Source of the DNA: Octopus sinensis
Taxonomy: Eukaryota
Direction of reading: 5' to 3'
Assembly: GCF_006345805.1 (NCBI RefSeq)
Contig: NC_042998.1
Span: forward strand, 36,456,001-36,520,000
DNA length: 64,000 nucleotides
Part shown: positions 63,360 through 64,000 of the stretch, piece after piece
Layout: every line of letters begins with the position of its first letter
Position numbering within the stretch: position 1 is the first letter of the stretch
Position numbers and translations under genes: made by a program
Notes under the pieces: model-generated
Databases searched by the model: none
What the model saw: the letters and a program-made list of their open reading frames with translations, nothing else
Told to the model about the DNA's origin: nothing

Positions 63360-64000
63360 AATCAGCAGCCACAACAACAACAACAACAGAATGAGCCACT
63401 CCTGGTTCCCAGCACAATGGCTGACCCTAACATCGGTCAAGCACAACAACAACAACAACAGCCACAGCAACAAGAACAACAACAGCCACTCCTCAACTCT
63501 AGCTTACTAGATGATTCACTAAATGCCAGTATCTTTTCACCGCTCTCACAGCAACCACCACAATTATCATCATCATCATCACCACCGCTGCCACCATCGT
63601 CTTCTATCACCAAAAATACCAACAGAAAACCAAATAAGAAACCACTGCCCTCTTCCCCCACATCACCACCTCAATACTACTGCAGTAACAAAAACTTAAA
63701 GAAACATAGGAAGCAGAATGCGCCCCCCACGGCACAAACAAGAAATCCCCAAATATGCCGCTATTCACTGCGCCAGAGACTCTGTACAAATAGTGACTGC
63801 ATCTTCACGCATCTACCCGGCACTAGACGCACTACCGGCCAAGGCCAAAGCTCGCATCCCACAATTACATCAACACCACCAAATAGTAAATCGAAATTCA
63901 AAACACACACAACTCGGAGTCCCAAAATCTGCCGGTATTCCCAACGTGAGAGAACATGTCTACTGAGTGACTGTCCCTTCACTCATCTTCCAGGGACCCG
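63360..64000 (+). CDS. Open frame running off the window: Gln/Ser/Pro-rich region and two tandem CCCH zinc fingers
   Basis: No stop in 213 codons; ATG at 63417. CRYSLRQRLCTNSDCIFTHLPGT (63756-63812) and CRYSQRERTCLLSDCPFTHLPGT (63930-63986), both C-x8-C-x4-C-x3-H, 174 nt apart. Confidence 0.7.

Overview
AT-rich eukaryotic, repeat-dominated genomic DNA, most likely coleoid cephalopod (octopus-like). The organism is inferred from the tRNA-derived SINE families and very high microsatellite load; no database search was run. There is no complete host gene, rRNA, tRNA gene or CRISPR array, and most short ORFs in the track are microsatellite artefacts. The window holds (i) several Penelope-like elements (PLEs): a frameshifted near-full-length Neptune-type copy at 25.8-30.6 kb, a young 5'-truncated copy with a 680-bp inverted terminal repeat at 40.3-43.0 kb, and GIY-YIG remnants; (ii) a near-intact L1/Tx1-type LINE at 54.9-60.3 kb and an ORF1-only relative at 6.3-8.5 kb; (iii) CR1/L2-group and RTE LINE remnants, a DD37D Tc1/mariner remnant, MITE/foldback elements and many SINEs; and (iv) an ORF with two CCCH zinc fingers running off the right edge. 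Two results stand out. First, there is a set of hammerhead ribozyme motifs, including a fully formed canonical type I hammerhead inside a highly structured, terminally redundant 353-nt unit at 50903-51294, a candidate cephalopod retrozyme/circular RNA. Second, one SINE subfamily shares its ~50-nt 3' tail with the Tx1-type LINE, suggesting a LINE-SINE partnership. All alignments and folds were done by eye. Many frameshifts fall in homopolymers and may be assembly errors.
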